A stretch of DNA of 64,000 bases, from NCBI GenBank assembly GCA_028534125.1, contig CM052816.1:10418001-10482000 (forward strand), written 5' to 3'. A model generated the notes under the pieces. It was not told the DNA's origin. It ran no database searches and saw only the letters and a program-made list of their open reading frames with translations. Shown piece by piece: positions 25,869 through 38,132 of the stretch (position 1 is the first letter of the stretch; each line of letters starts with the position of its first letter). Source of the DNA: Lama glama. Taxonomy: Eukaryota. The translations under genes and the position numbers were made by a program.

Positions 25869-26929
25869 GCATATTGATTAGGGAAAAAAGGGGTTATGGT
25901 GTAGAAAGGTTAAATATTTGCTCTAGAATCACATGTTAGGAAATTGTGGAGGCAGGATTGCATCTAAACTCACGCAGTTAATACACGTGCTATCTGCAGT
26001 TACCAGTAAAGTTCATGAGACAAAAAGCATCCAGTGAAAAATCGGCTGATACAATGGGAGTCCCTGTGTGTGTTATTTTTTGCTTTGACCTTGCTGCTTT
26101 TAATATTCTCTAAAAAAAAATCTAAAGCTTATAATAAAATCCTGTCAGGGACTAGAATAATTATTTAAATGCCCTTCAGTTCAACTCTCAAAATTCAATT
26201 TGTATGCATCTTAGGTAGTCTCATTCCAATGGTGGGACATTTCCAATCTTCTGCTAGGGATCTCCATGGAAGTGTTAAAAACCAATGTTGTCCTGTGCAC
26301 TGAGCTGATGGAACAGTTAACCTGTGTTTTCCAGACTCTGACCAGGGAGTGACCGCCGCAGGGTTTTCACAGGTTAAGAAAAGCATTAACCCTTGTGAGA
26401 AGAGACCCCTGAGGAATGGGCAAAGAGCGGGTTAGGCTACACTGTACCGTTTGATACATACCAATTTGAACTTTAAAACCTTTCTTTGGAGCAGTGGCCC
26501 AAATTGCTCCTCTTGTGGTTCTGCAGTAAGTTTCCAAAGTGTACCTAGTGTGAAATTCATAAAAAAATAAAACCAAACTAGTATTATTTTACCTAATGAA
26601 TTTACCATGACAACCCAGAAAACCCAAGGTTTGCAAAAGTCAGATTTCAGTAGTTTATAAAAACCATTCCCAGTTGTTGTTGGTGTGTGTGTGTTTTAAC
26701 TGAAATGCCATAGCATGCATGACAAACTGAGGTAAAAAAAAAAAAGGTTAATGGCTTGGATAACATTGGAAACAAGTTGAGACAAGAATCTGAGTTCTCT
26801 GTGCTATAAATTTGGAGGGAGGGAATTTACAGTCTAAACAAGCGTGTCTGACTCCTATTCACTAGCGTGTCAGAGGGAGAACATGTCCATCAAGGCTTGG
26901 CGAGAGCCACTGGTTGTGTGAACAAGGAG

Positions 26930-27490
26930 AACCCGGCACTCTCATATGCTCTGGATGGAAGGCAGTTTGGTGAAAGTGCCTTTGAGGACAATTTGGAAAT
27001 GCCTTTTTAAAAAACATATGGCATGTGACCCTATAATTTCACCCCTAGAAACTTTCACCATGGATATACTTGGAAAATTGTATCAAGATGTACTTATAAG
27101 GATACTCATTGCATCATACAAAAATCAAAACAATCTGCATGCCTATCAACAGGTGAGCATGTGAATAAATTATGGTAAATTCATGTTCCTGATTATACAG
27201 GAATTTTCAAAAAATAAAGCAGATGTATATTCGGATATGAAAAGCTTTCCAAGGTGTTACATTATGAGACAAAATGAGGGAAAGGACAGTGTTTATACTG
27301 CAATATTCATTATAGTACACAGTATACATAAAAGGATATATTAAACATATACACATACAAGCACAAAAGGAAAAGAAACATTACACACACAGGGTGCTAT
27401 GTGCATAACATTTTTCTAAAAATAAGATAACCAGTTCTCTAAATGGTAGGATTATAAGTCATTTTATTTTTATTTATATTTTTGTATTTA
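26930..27490 (+). mobile_element. Old L1 (L1ME-like) 3' region
   Basis: tgtgaccctataatttcacccctagaaa; gaataaattatggtaaattcat; ggtaggattataagtcattttattttt. Confidence 0.55.
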
Positions 27491-27587
27491 AAAGGCCTAG
27501 TAAATACAACAAGAATATTTCTTTCTACTCTGATAGACTTAATATATTCTGTCTCCTTCCAACAAGTAGTAAATAAGCCTAGAGCTC

Positions 27588-27824
27588 TAAAACACAGTGT
27601 AGTGAACAGATACAACAATACTGTATTATAATCAATACACTTGCCTCTTGGTTAGAATTTAATGAATCCAACCACTAAAAAAAGGATCGTTATGTAATGT
27701 GATAGAGGTGCTAATTATCACGATGACAACCCTATTATAATACATGTGTGTCAAATTAACATGCTTGCACCTTAAATTTACACAATGTTATATGTCACAT
27801 ATATTTCAATTTAAAAAAGAAAAA
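27588..27824 (+). mobile_element. L1 3' end
   Basis: ttgcaccttaaatttacacaatgttatatgtcacatatatttcaatttaaaaaagaaaa. Confidence 0.7.
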
Positions 27825-27963
27825 TGATCCATGTTTTCCCATCAGGAAAGGAACTAACACAGATGAGTCAACATCTATAAACTATTTAAATCATCTAGAC
27901 TACTAGTTTTCTTCCAAAACTCAATGTTTACAATTCCCTTACTGTTCTCTAAAACAGTTTGCT

Positions 27964-28107
27964 TTTATTTACCTATTTATTTATTTAATTTTATTTTGAG
28001 GGGGAGGTAATTAGATTTATTTATTTTTAGAGGAGGTACTGGGGATTGAACCCAGGACCTTGTGCATGCTAAGCATGCGCTCTACCACTTGAGCTGTACC
28101 CTCCCCC
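27964..28107 (-). mobile_element. tRNA-Ala-derived SINE (camelid vic-1-like)
   Basis: Minus strand reads GGGGGAGGGTACAGCTCAAGTGGTAGAGCGCATGCTTAGCATGCACAAGGTCCTGGGTTCAATCCCCAGTACCTCC; TSD taaaacagtttgct / taaaaatgtttgct. Confidence 0.9.
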
Positions 28108-28189
28108 TAAAAATGTTTGCTCTTAAAAAAGGAACTTTTATAGAATATTTGGGTCCTCTAAATAGGTTTAAAGAAGGTCCATATTTTGT

Positions 28190-29460
28190 CCCTGGTGTAT
28201 GTGCCTTTAAAATCTTTTTTATTCTGTAGTTTCCCTGACCAACTTTTCTTTTATTCCTAGTAATTTTTTGTTGAAGAAACAAAAGCATTTTTCCTGTGGC
28301 ACTTCCACAGTCTGACTTGTTGTTTGCATGCCTGGCATGGCTTTCTCTATGTTCCACAACACTCTGAATTTTGTGAAAATTGGCGGTTAGATTTTAAGTT
28401 TTACTCAGATTCAGTTTGATTTGGGGGAGGGAGGAAAGACTGCTTTACAGGTGGTGGTGTGTACTTTGATCAGGAGATATGTAATTAATAAGTCCATCTT
28501 TTCATGATATTTCAGCCACTAATCATCTGACTGTCTAGATCTAAAAATTCCTTTGGCGCTGTAATATTTGAATCCTACCATTTCTCATTTATATTTTACC
28601 TCGAGTACTTTTCATAAAGAGAAATTGGCTTTCACCAATTATTTCGTTACTTTGAGATACAGTTCATATAGGTTAGGTAAAACAAATACTTCGAAGTCTT
28701 TCTTTTACTTACAGCTTTTCAAAATAGTTTGTTAGTTTCCTAGAATCCTCCCAACGCAATCAATAAGTTCTTTAAAAAAAATCATAATGAACTCATGGGT
28801 TTCATGTCATCACCCTTAATGATGTTCATAATGTCCATTCTTTGGTCAGTAGGAATATAGCCAGTTTGGATCATACGTTATTTTGACATGACTCTAGTAG
28901 GTTTTGATAGCTTTATGACTTCCTGATATGAGAAGATATTCCTGGTTATCTTATACATTTCCTCCCCCAAACTATCTGAGTGACAGAAGTGTTTGTTGCA
29001 ACTGGCTTATCATTGTTATTAGGTCTTTTCAATGGACAGAGCTGGGAATAGACATAGATATTTGACGTAAGTGTAGGCACAGTGTACACATACATGCACA
29101 AATGACACAGAAGATAAATGCACCATAAATTCTTAATGATATTTTCAGTTTATATTCAAGACTATAGCAACTCTTAATCTCATCAGTATTATGCCAGTGC
29201 CTCTTACTCCTTACTGAAAATCCTGGTTGTCTTTTTTGTATTTCGGCCAGAATTACTTTGGGGTAGATTCCTAGAAGTGGATTTGCTAAGATAAAGATTT
29301 GTTAAAACAAAGGGTACAGGCATATGTAATTTGAGACTCTGTATTGCCAAGTTTATCTCCATAGAGGGTGTTATCATTTTGAATTCCAACCAGGAATACA
29401 TGAGAGCACCCATTTCCCCACGTTCTCTCTCTAGAATATGTTGTCAAACTTCCAGGCGTT
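28190..29460 (-). mobile_element. Old L1 (L1MC-like) 3' UTR and ORF2 end
   Basis: gggtagattcctagaagtggatttgct, ttgaattccaaccaggaatacatgagagcacccatttcccc, ttttgacatgactctagtagg. Confidence 0.65.
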
Positions 29461-32419
29461 TTCATCTTCTTCAGAAAAACCCAACAGTTGAGTAAGAAGA
29501 TTTGAAACTTATAACGTGCTTTTTCTCTGTCTCATAAGTAGCCTTATAATATTCTCCAAGAGAAAAAAACACACCTTAAACGCCCCCAGCAAAACACACA
29601 TAAATGACCTCGTCCACGCTTGTGTATCTTGTGTGTACAGTGCATCCAGGTTCAATATTCATACATCTAAAATTCATAAATGTGGAAAATCTAGAGTTTA
29701 CATAGATCTTTTTGGCAGTGAATAGAATGGATTTGAGGGGCCTCCCATATAATAGTTATGAAACGTGTTCATTAAAGCTTCCTTTTTAGCCAGAAGAAAC
29801 TTGTATGTACATCTCAGGAGACATGAAGTGTCTGTGTTCATTTCTCCTCTACTGTAATCTTTCCTGACCTCTTCTTGCCGAACATAACTTAAATGCTGTC
29901 CCTCTGTGCCCTTCCACAGCACCCAGCCAGTCCCTGTTATAGAACATTATAGAAACCTCACTAGAGAGAGTTGCATTGTATTATATTGTTCATACCAGTA
30001 ACATTTTTGGCCTGAAGTCCTCATTTGACTGGACACTTTGGGGAACTTGTGCATTCTTACCCATCAGTAACTCCATTATACAGCTTGGTACATAATGGAC
30101 ACTTGTTTATTCAGTGGCCATTTCACAGCTATTTATTGTATATTTATTTACTTGTACAGGGTGCTGAGGCTAAAAGAGTAAACTAAGGAATATGGCTTCC
30201 TTCTTAAATCTAATCATCACAAACAAACATGTAGTTATAAAATGCCGTAAGGGCTGTATAAGAAAGGTGCAGGAGACCATCAGAGGGACCTAATTTGATC
30301 GCAGGGGGTCATACAAGCCTCAAAGACAGTAATACACTTGTCTGATTCAAACCATAAACTGTAACTTCACATAAACTGAACAAGAATACACAATTTACAC
30401 AATGAAAAAGACTGGGGATGACTTTTACGCACCACCCGTAACAGGCTGCAGGTTATTTTCCCCACCTGCTGATGGAGTAGCTGATTTTCTTTTGACCTTT
30501 CTCTGGACTGAGCTTTGGATGCTTTTGTGATCTGTCAGCTCATCTGTGCTGTCTCTGGAGATGTTATGTATGAAGCTTCTCTAGGGAAGAGACGACTATT
30601 ACGATTTTCTCCAGAGTCTCTTGAGATAGTTACCTCAGAGAATTAGACAGCCAGTAAACAGGCGATGGGGAAAAGGAGCAATTAAATCAGAATCTTACCC
30701 ATAGAATTTATCAGGGGTCCAGAGGAAAAATGAACAATTTTTGCACTTTGTGGGGATCATAGACCGCCTGCAGAGAGACAGTCTAAGTGAGATGACTTTG
30801 GGTCATTGATGGGGTCACAAATTGCCACTTGTGATTCAGAGAGTGGCTAGGCAGGCCCTGACGGGGCCGAGAGGGTTCCAGGATGTGCTCAGTTACACAT
30901 TTTGATTGGCTAGAGGAAGAGTTCCTGCGGCACATGGCACTGTCTGCCCCTCTGCAACTCTAGCCAGAAAGGCAGTTTCTTTCCTTACTGATCTAGCTGC
31001 CCCGTCTCAGAATTCCAGGGCAGCGGGAGGACTTCCAGCACTGCTACCAAATACAGAGATTCTTACTTTGCCCTCTGTGCTCTTCTCCCAGTTTGGCCCT
31101 TTTTAATGCATCTGACTTCCCTTCACCTGACTAGTGTTTAAGCGTCAAACTAGACCAGCTGAATCTTCAGAAATGTTTTGATCTTTCCCACCTCTGCTCC
31201 CATCTCCTGAGGCTTTCCATCCATCTCTAATTCTGATACCCAGTACCTGGAACTCTCCTAGGAAAGCAGGAATAGGCATCATGTCATACTGTCAAACTGG
31301 AATATATTAAGTTAAAAGTGGTGATTTTGTTTCACTAAAACATTATAACTCATGAAATTAAGTGGCTCCTTGAAATTTTTAAAATTGATTTTGCAATTGT
31401 GTATAAATTGTAAAGTTTGGTTTCAGATTTTTGGAAGTAATGACACATATATAAGTAACAGTAAAATAAAAGTTAACATTGATTATCTTAAATAATTGGG
31501 GGGGTGCAGAGGTGGGATTTAGAATCTAGATTTGCCATGACTTTCTGGTTCTGTAGTTTGGCAAGGAATCAAACCTCTCATCTTTTAGCCTACTTATCTT
31601 TATAAAGGGACCAATACTATTCCTATTTTATACGAAGTAGCATTTGAAGATATATGAGATTATGCATGTAATATTTTAGCACAACAGCTAAAAAATAAAC
31701 CCTCAAAAATACTAGCTTAGAGTGACCTCACGGATGTTAGATTTTCTTAGGATTCCCCTAGGAATCTACTTCTTGAGCCTACTTCCTCAAAATACACTTT
31801 TCAGTTCGTCAGATTTTGTCAGAGTGAGGGTATCTCTCCCAATGAAACATCAATCCTGATTAAACACACCTATATACTTTAAAACAGAAACAAAAACCAA
31901 CCAATATCTATTAAGTACATGCTAAGGAGAAAAACACAAACAATGCTGATTGGATTCACTTTAAATTTAGGACCGCAAGTCTCAAATAGATATTTAGCAA
32001 GTCTAATTCTCATTCGCTATTAAAAATAGAGAATGATGACTCATGTCACAGAGGCAGTGGTACGAGACCTACTTCATCTGCCTACCTACAAATCCACCAC
32101 CTTAGGGATATATACACTTACACACTCCGCCTTCCCTCCTGGTTCAGTGAGAGAAGTGTTCTGGCTCCTACCTAAGGGCAGCCCATTTGCGTGGGCTCTG
32201 AATCACATCCATCTCACCACCTCCAGTAGCTCGTTCCCCTACCTTCCCCTTTCTAGCCTGCAGTACCAGTTCCTTCCTGTTTGCTCATACTCTGCATGCA
32301 AACTCGTTTATGCACATTAAAAATATAAACATACACATAATAAAATAAATGTTTATAAATAAAAATATATTAAATTATAATTTAAAAATATATATTATAG
32401 TATTTAGTGGTATCTACAA

Positions 32420-34325
32420 AATAATAGAACATGACCAACTAGGGTTTATTTTAGGATCGAGGTTGTTTTAAGATTGGCAAATGAATTAATTTACTTCACT
32501 ACATAACAGAAATGATCTCGATTAAAAAGAACACATTTGACAAAATTTAATAACCATTTGTGATAAAAACTTCTAGCAAACTCAGACTGAAAGAAAACTT
32601 TCTTACTGTCCTAATGGATATCTACAAAGAGTTTTCAGCAAGCATCATATGAAATCTTGAAATCCTGAAAACCTGCTCCATGAAATCAGGACAGACACAC
32701 AAGGATGTCCACTATATGCAACATCGTTCTCAATGCAAATACAATAGGCAGGAAAATAAAAGGTAGGAAGCACTAAAACTGTCATTATTAGTTAATGACA
32801 TGATTGTTAATATCGAAGATCCAAAAGAATCTACAGGCCACCTGGTAGAATGAATAAGATAATTTAGCAAGGTCACTGGACACAAAGTATTAAAAATCAA
32901 TTGTATTTTGGTAAACAAGCAATAAACTACTAGAAAATTAAATCTGATAAACAATTACTATTTGTAATCATGTCAAAAACATTAAATACCTAGAAATAAA
33001 TCTAAAGACAGACATGCTAGAGCTGTACACTAAAAACTGATACCAAAGAGAGAAATTAATGGATACTTTAATTATACATATGTGTATGATAAATTGGAAA
33101 GTTGAATAGTTAAAAAATATATTAATTCTCCTTGAATTAATCTATAATTTCAATGTCACCCAATATAAATACCAGTAGCTTTAAAATGCAAATGGACAAG
33201 CTGATTATGAAATTTATATGGAATTGAAAAGGGCCAACTATAAGATAATCAAGAATAATTATGTTTCTGAATTCTTTTACCAGTCTAAAGCTATAGAACT
33301 TAAAGTAGTGTGATAAATGTATAAAGGTACATAGTAGATCAATGGAACAAAGTCTAGAAACCCACATATATATGATGGCGTGAATAATAACGAATGTGTT
33401 ACTGTGATTCAGTAAGGAAAGCATTAAAGATTCAGTAATGGTGTTGGGTTAATTAGGTATCCGTATGGGGGGAAAAATGAATCTTGACCCGGGATTATAG
33501 ATCTAAATGTAAAAGCTGAAACCACAAAGCTGCTAAGAAACAGGATAGATATTTTGACCTTGGTATAGGCAAAGATTTCCTAAAGAGGCCACAGAAAGCA
33601 CTACCCATAAAGGAAAAGATTGATAAGTTCTACCATACTTAATTTCGAGCTTTTTGATAATGGAGTTAAAAAGTTAAGCCACAGGTTGGGCAAATAATTT
33701 ATATCCATTAAAAGACTTGTATACAGAATATGTAAAGAACTTCTATGGATCATTGAGGAAAGAAGGCAAACAATAGAAAGATGGACAAAAAACTAAAGCA
33801 CTTCTCAAAAGAGGATTCCAAATGGCCAATAAGCATGTAAAAATGTGCCCAAACTCAAAGTGACCCAGGAAATCCAAACTAAAACCACAGGAGATACCAT
33901 TACACATTTACTAGAACACCTACATGTAAAGAAACTGACAATATCAAATGTTAGTGAGGTTTTAGAGTAACTTTAATTCTTAAACATTGCTGATGTGAAT
34001 ATAAATTGGTACAGCTTCTTTGGGAAACTGTCAGCTAAACCTACATAAATCCTAGGATCCTGTGATTTAATTTCTAGTGTTATGCCCCCAAATATGTGTA
34101 CTTTCGTTTACCAAAAGGTACAAACCAGAATGTTAATAGCCAGACTATCTGTAAAAGTCTCAAACTGGAAACAACGCAGATATCCCATTGATAGTGAGGT
34201 ATATAAGTAAATCATGGGATATTCATACAATGAAATGTGATAGACAAGTGGCAATATACTATTGCTACTTGTGACACCGTGAATTAATCTCAAAACAAAC
34301 AAAAACATTTTGCATTCCACCGTCC
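32420..34325 (+). mobile_element. Degenerate old L1 ORF2 (L1ME-like)
   Basis: catgaccaactagggtttatt, atttgacaaaatttaa, caaatggccaataagcatgtaaaaatgtgc, aaactggaaacaac. Confidence 0.8.
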
Positions 34326-34329
34326 CAAA

Positions 34330-34990
34330 ATAAAATGACTCAGTTCCTGTATTCTCATGAAGCCACTCCGTTGGTGTTTGGTACAATCGTTTGGAGTTGG
34401 CTCTTATCAAGGTCACAACATCTGTATCCTCCCAAGTGAATGGTCAGTTCTTTGTGTCCTTACTCCTGTCTTCTCCGCAGCGGTGGAAATGGTTCACATG
34501 CCTTTCTTTCTGAAACACTTTCTGTTCTAGATTTCAGGATGCCTCCCTCTCCTGATTTACCCCTAGCTTGAAGGCCAGCTTCCTGGCAGTTCCTTCTTTG
34601 TCTAATTTCCTAAGTTTTCCTCCTTTGTCAGAACAATTAAATGCTCTGTCTTTAGTCCCCAGCCTTTTGATCTCTCTAACCTCTTTCCAAAGATGCTCCC
34701 TCCAAGTCTCTGGTTTAAACAGCATCCATACACCAGTGATTCCCATACTCGTGGTGTTTTGGACTTCCCATTGGACTCTGGAACTTCTGATCTTCAGACT
34801 TAGCCCCAGTTCAGCAGCTCTGTTTGGATGACTAAGACGTAACTCACAATTCATATAGCTAAAAGAGAGTTCTTGATTTTCATGACTCTGCTCCTCTTCA
34901 GATCTTCCTACCTCAGTGAATGCCACAATTATTCACCAAGTTGCTCCGGCCAACAATCTCAGAGTCATTATTTATTTCAGTCTTTCTTCT
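34330..34990 (+). mobile_element. L2 fragment
   Basis: gctcttatcaaggtcaca, cctttctttctgaaacactttct, tcagtgaatgccacaattattcaccaagttgctc. Confidence 0.7.
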
Positions 34991-35580
34991 AGCCAAGGGG
35001 CAGGCATGTTTTCTGAGCAAGGCCAATTGGATTCTCTCCCAGGACTTTGAACCTTGAGTGGATAATGGAGGTTAAATAATTGTTTGGAGCTGATGCATCC
35101 CAGCCGAGACAGCCTTGAGAGCCTGTCCATTAGTTCCCGCTACCTAGAGTCCCAGAACTGCCTTCGTCGCTCACCTTCCTGACACCTACTTATTCGGCTT
35201 TACTTGTGTTACTCTGTAAACTACCCCATATCCTTCTAATAAGTTTTTTTTTAGCTTTAATTTTCTAATAGCAACTTGTGTTGTTTGCAATCAAGGAATC
35301 CTTTGTAATACTGATGAGTAAATGACTAAGTGAATGTCTACATTATACAGACCCAGTTTCCTGGCCATTAGTCCATCTATACTACAGTCAACAACTATAT
35401 GGAACAATTACTAGGCATTGGCCACACAATTACACTGTTCTCTGCTCAGGTCTTCTTTGGGGACTGCTCCCTTCTTCCCCACATATCCAAGTTCATCAGG
35501 GCCATACCCAAGGACAACTTCTTCCTAGGACAACACTGGTTAATTCAGGCTAACCTCAAGATCCCTAATTTAATCATCTC

Positions 35581-36637
35581 TTTCTAAGATAACAGAACTG
35601 AATACTAGTTAAAGTGGTAAGGACAGATTTTAGTCAGTAATATCCTATTACAGTAGGAAAGGAGTCCATAACAATTGAAATAGAGAAAAAAATTTTTAAA
35701 CCAGAAGAGAGTAATTTGCAAATATTTTTAAAACCTAGATGAAATGGATACTTTCTTAGGGAAGTAAGAATTACCAGAAGTTATCTTACTTGTTTAAAAA
35801 GCTCAAGCAGACCAATTTCCATTGGATAAATAGAGGAATTTATTAAATAACTACCCCCAATAGAAGCACCATGGCAAGGAATGTTCACAGATGAATGACA
35901 GTAAATCGTTAAAGATTAGATTAGCTAATGCTCTAGAAATTATTCCAGTGCATTGAAAAGAAAAAAACAGATCTTCCAAAATTCTTTTTTTAAACTAAGT
36001 ATAACACTGTCTAAAGCAGATAGAGTTAAAAAAATAAAAATAAGGACTACATAGAATGGAAAGAGTCTAAAAGTAGATGTATGTATGTATGTATATATGT
36101 ATGTAATGTATAACTCAATCACTTTCTGAACACTTGAAACTAATACTGTGAATCAGCTAGACGTCAATAAAAAATAAAATTAAAAAAAATAGGAAAAGAG
36201 TCAAGTGTGAACTGAACTCGATTTTGATTTGGACAGAAGTGACTGGGTACTCTAAAGGGAGAATCAGGGAGTAGGGAGGACAGAGAGCCCGGTGGAGGCT
36301 CAGGAGAGCCAGGGAAGTGGAAAATTACAAAAACCAGGAAGGAAGGGTTGGTTTGTTAACAAACTCGACAGAAGTTAGGCTCCTCCCTTCCCACTGGGGC
36401 CAGGAGACGGGGCCCTCTCCTTAGGTGTTGGTGGAACAAACAGTAAATTTTTCTGGCAGCCTTGAGTTTTCTCAGGCAAGCACTTTAAGGGGGTTAGGGT
36501 CATCCTAAGGATGGGTCTTGAGCTGTTAGGAACAGAGTTGGTGTTTTGTTCAAGTCTTCATAGGTCAAAGTTGAGGCCTAGTGGATAAGAGGGAGTTTGA
36601 TCCTGGCTGGAGTTTGACCCAGAGCGAATCGTCATCA
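35581..36637 (-). mobile_element. ERV1 solo LTR (MER67-like), interrupted at 35667-36189
   Basis: Minus strand reads TGATGACGATTCGCTCTGGGTCAAACTCCAGCCAGG...CTAGGCCTCAACTTTGACCTATGAAGACTTGAAC...GCCTGAGAAAACTCAAGGCTGCCAG and ends AAAATCTGTCCTTACCACTTTAACTAG. Confidence 0.7.
35667..36189 (+). mobile_element. TSD-flanked retroinsertion: old L1 ORF2 fragment fused to a younger L1 3' end
   Basis: TSD taggaaaggagtc (35654-35666) / taggaaaagagtc (36190-36202); contains aaacctagatgaaatgga; ends gtcaataaaaaataaaattaaaaaaaa. Confidence 0.75.
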
Positions 36638-37273
36638 CCAGGTGAACCCAATGCAATCACAAGAGGCCTTAAAAGATGGACGAGGAAGGCAGCGAGTCAG
36701 AGTCAGAGAGCTTTGGAGACGCGAGGTTGCGGGTTTTGAAGACAGAGGACGGGGCCGGGAACCATGGCATGTGGGTGGCCAAGAAGCCGGAGAAGGTCAG
36801 GAAACCGTTTCTTCTCTAGAACTTCCAGGAGGAACACAGCCTTGCTGACAGCTGACAGTCACTGAGACTGATCATGCACTTCTGACCTCCAGAAATGTAA
36901 GATATTACATTTGTGCTTTTAAAACATTTTTCATGCTCTTTTAATGAGGGAAAATTCATTTGCAGTGAAACGCACAGATATTAAGTCTATCATTTAAAAA
37001 TTTTTGTACAAATACATACTCTCATATAAGAAGCACAATCAAGATAAAAGAATCTTTCAACTGCTCCAAACGTTCTCCACGTGCACCTTCTAGATAATCA
37101 TTGCTGTGATTAGTTTTGCCTGTGAACTTCACCACAGGCTGATCATGCGGGGCAAAAGGAAAATAATGTCTTCATTACATTATGAAAGTAGCTTTACCAT
37201 CAAGGACTTCATGTTGTTTTAAGCCAGTAAGTTTGTGGTGATTTGTTACAACAGCAACACGAAACTAGTAAGA
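36637..37273 (+). mobile_element. MLT1D-like MaLR LTR with a nested antisense L1 3' fragment (~36925-37130)
   Basis: ccaggtgaacccaatgcaatcacaagagg, ctagaacttccaggaggaacacagcc and acttctgacctccagaaatgtaaga; resumes at tgttttaagccagtaagtttgtggtgatttgttacaacagcaa. Confidence 0.8.
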
Positions 37274-38090
37274 GCAGTTATTTCTGAGTGATGGAATATG
37301 GTATTTATTATCTTCATTAGAACTTCCTGTATTTCCATATTTTATACAAAATAGGTATGTTATATTCAAAGAGTTTGTTTAAGTTAAAAAAAATTTAGAA
37401 GAAAAGACTTTCTAATGCCCCAGCCAGCTCAAGTCCGGGTGCACTTGTGCACTTTGGAATTTGAGAATTGCCTCTGGCTATGGGGGCAGAGGGGACATTC
37501 CATTTCTAGGCAGGGCCTCACTGAGTTGTTTCAAGCCGTCATTTATTAAACAGCTGCTGTGTGTGAGGTGCCTTATATACGTATTCTTATTCATAGTGGT
37601 TTCTTCTGCTACAGATACTGTTATTCCCAATTACAGATGAAGAAACCAAGAAAATTCACAATGTCACGTACTTAATTTGCAGTTACTTAGTGGTGAAACA
37701 GGGATTCAAACTCTGGTCCCTTTGATCTGGGGACCTGCACAGAACCTGGAACAGGTGTGATTAATTGAGTGTGCCAGAGGTGGCAGAGGTCTGAAGGGAC
37801 AAGAGCAAAAAACCAGGCGCCAGAGCCTAGTCCCTCTGCTAATTCACTCAATTCATTCATTCATTCGTTCATTGATCTTGCACTTACTGTGTGCTGGGCA
37901 CTGTTGTAGGAACTGGAGAATGAGGCGCTGAACACAATGTAGAAACAAATCTGCCTCGTGGAGTTTGTATTCTTGTGGGATGTGGATGACAAACAAAATA
38001 AACTCCACTTCTTTAGATATTTTGTAAGGGAGTCTCATAAGATGTCCATGGTGGGGGCTGGGGGGAGGTCAAGTGTTGCAGGGAGAGCAG

Positions 38091-38132
38091 GGGATTTGAA
38101 GTCCGGATTCCGGGATTTGAAGTCCGGATTCC
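38091..38132. repeat. Perfect 21-bp tandem duplication
   Basis: gggatttgaagtccggattcc x2. Confidence 0.97.
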
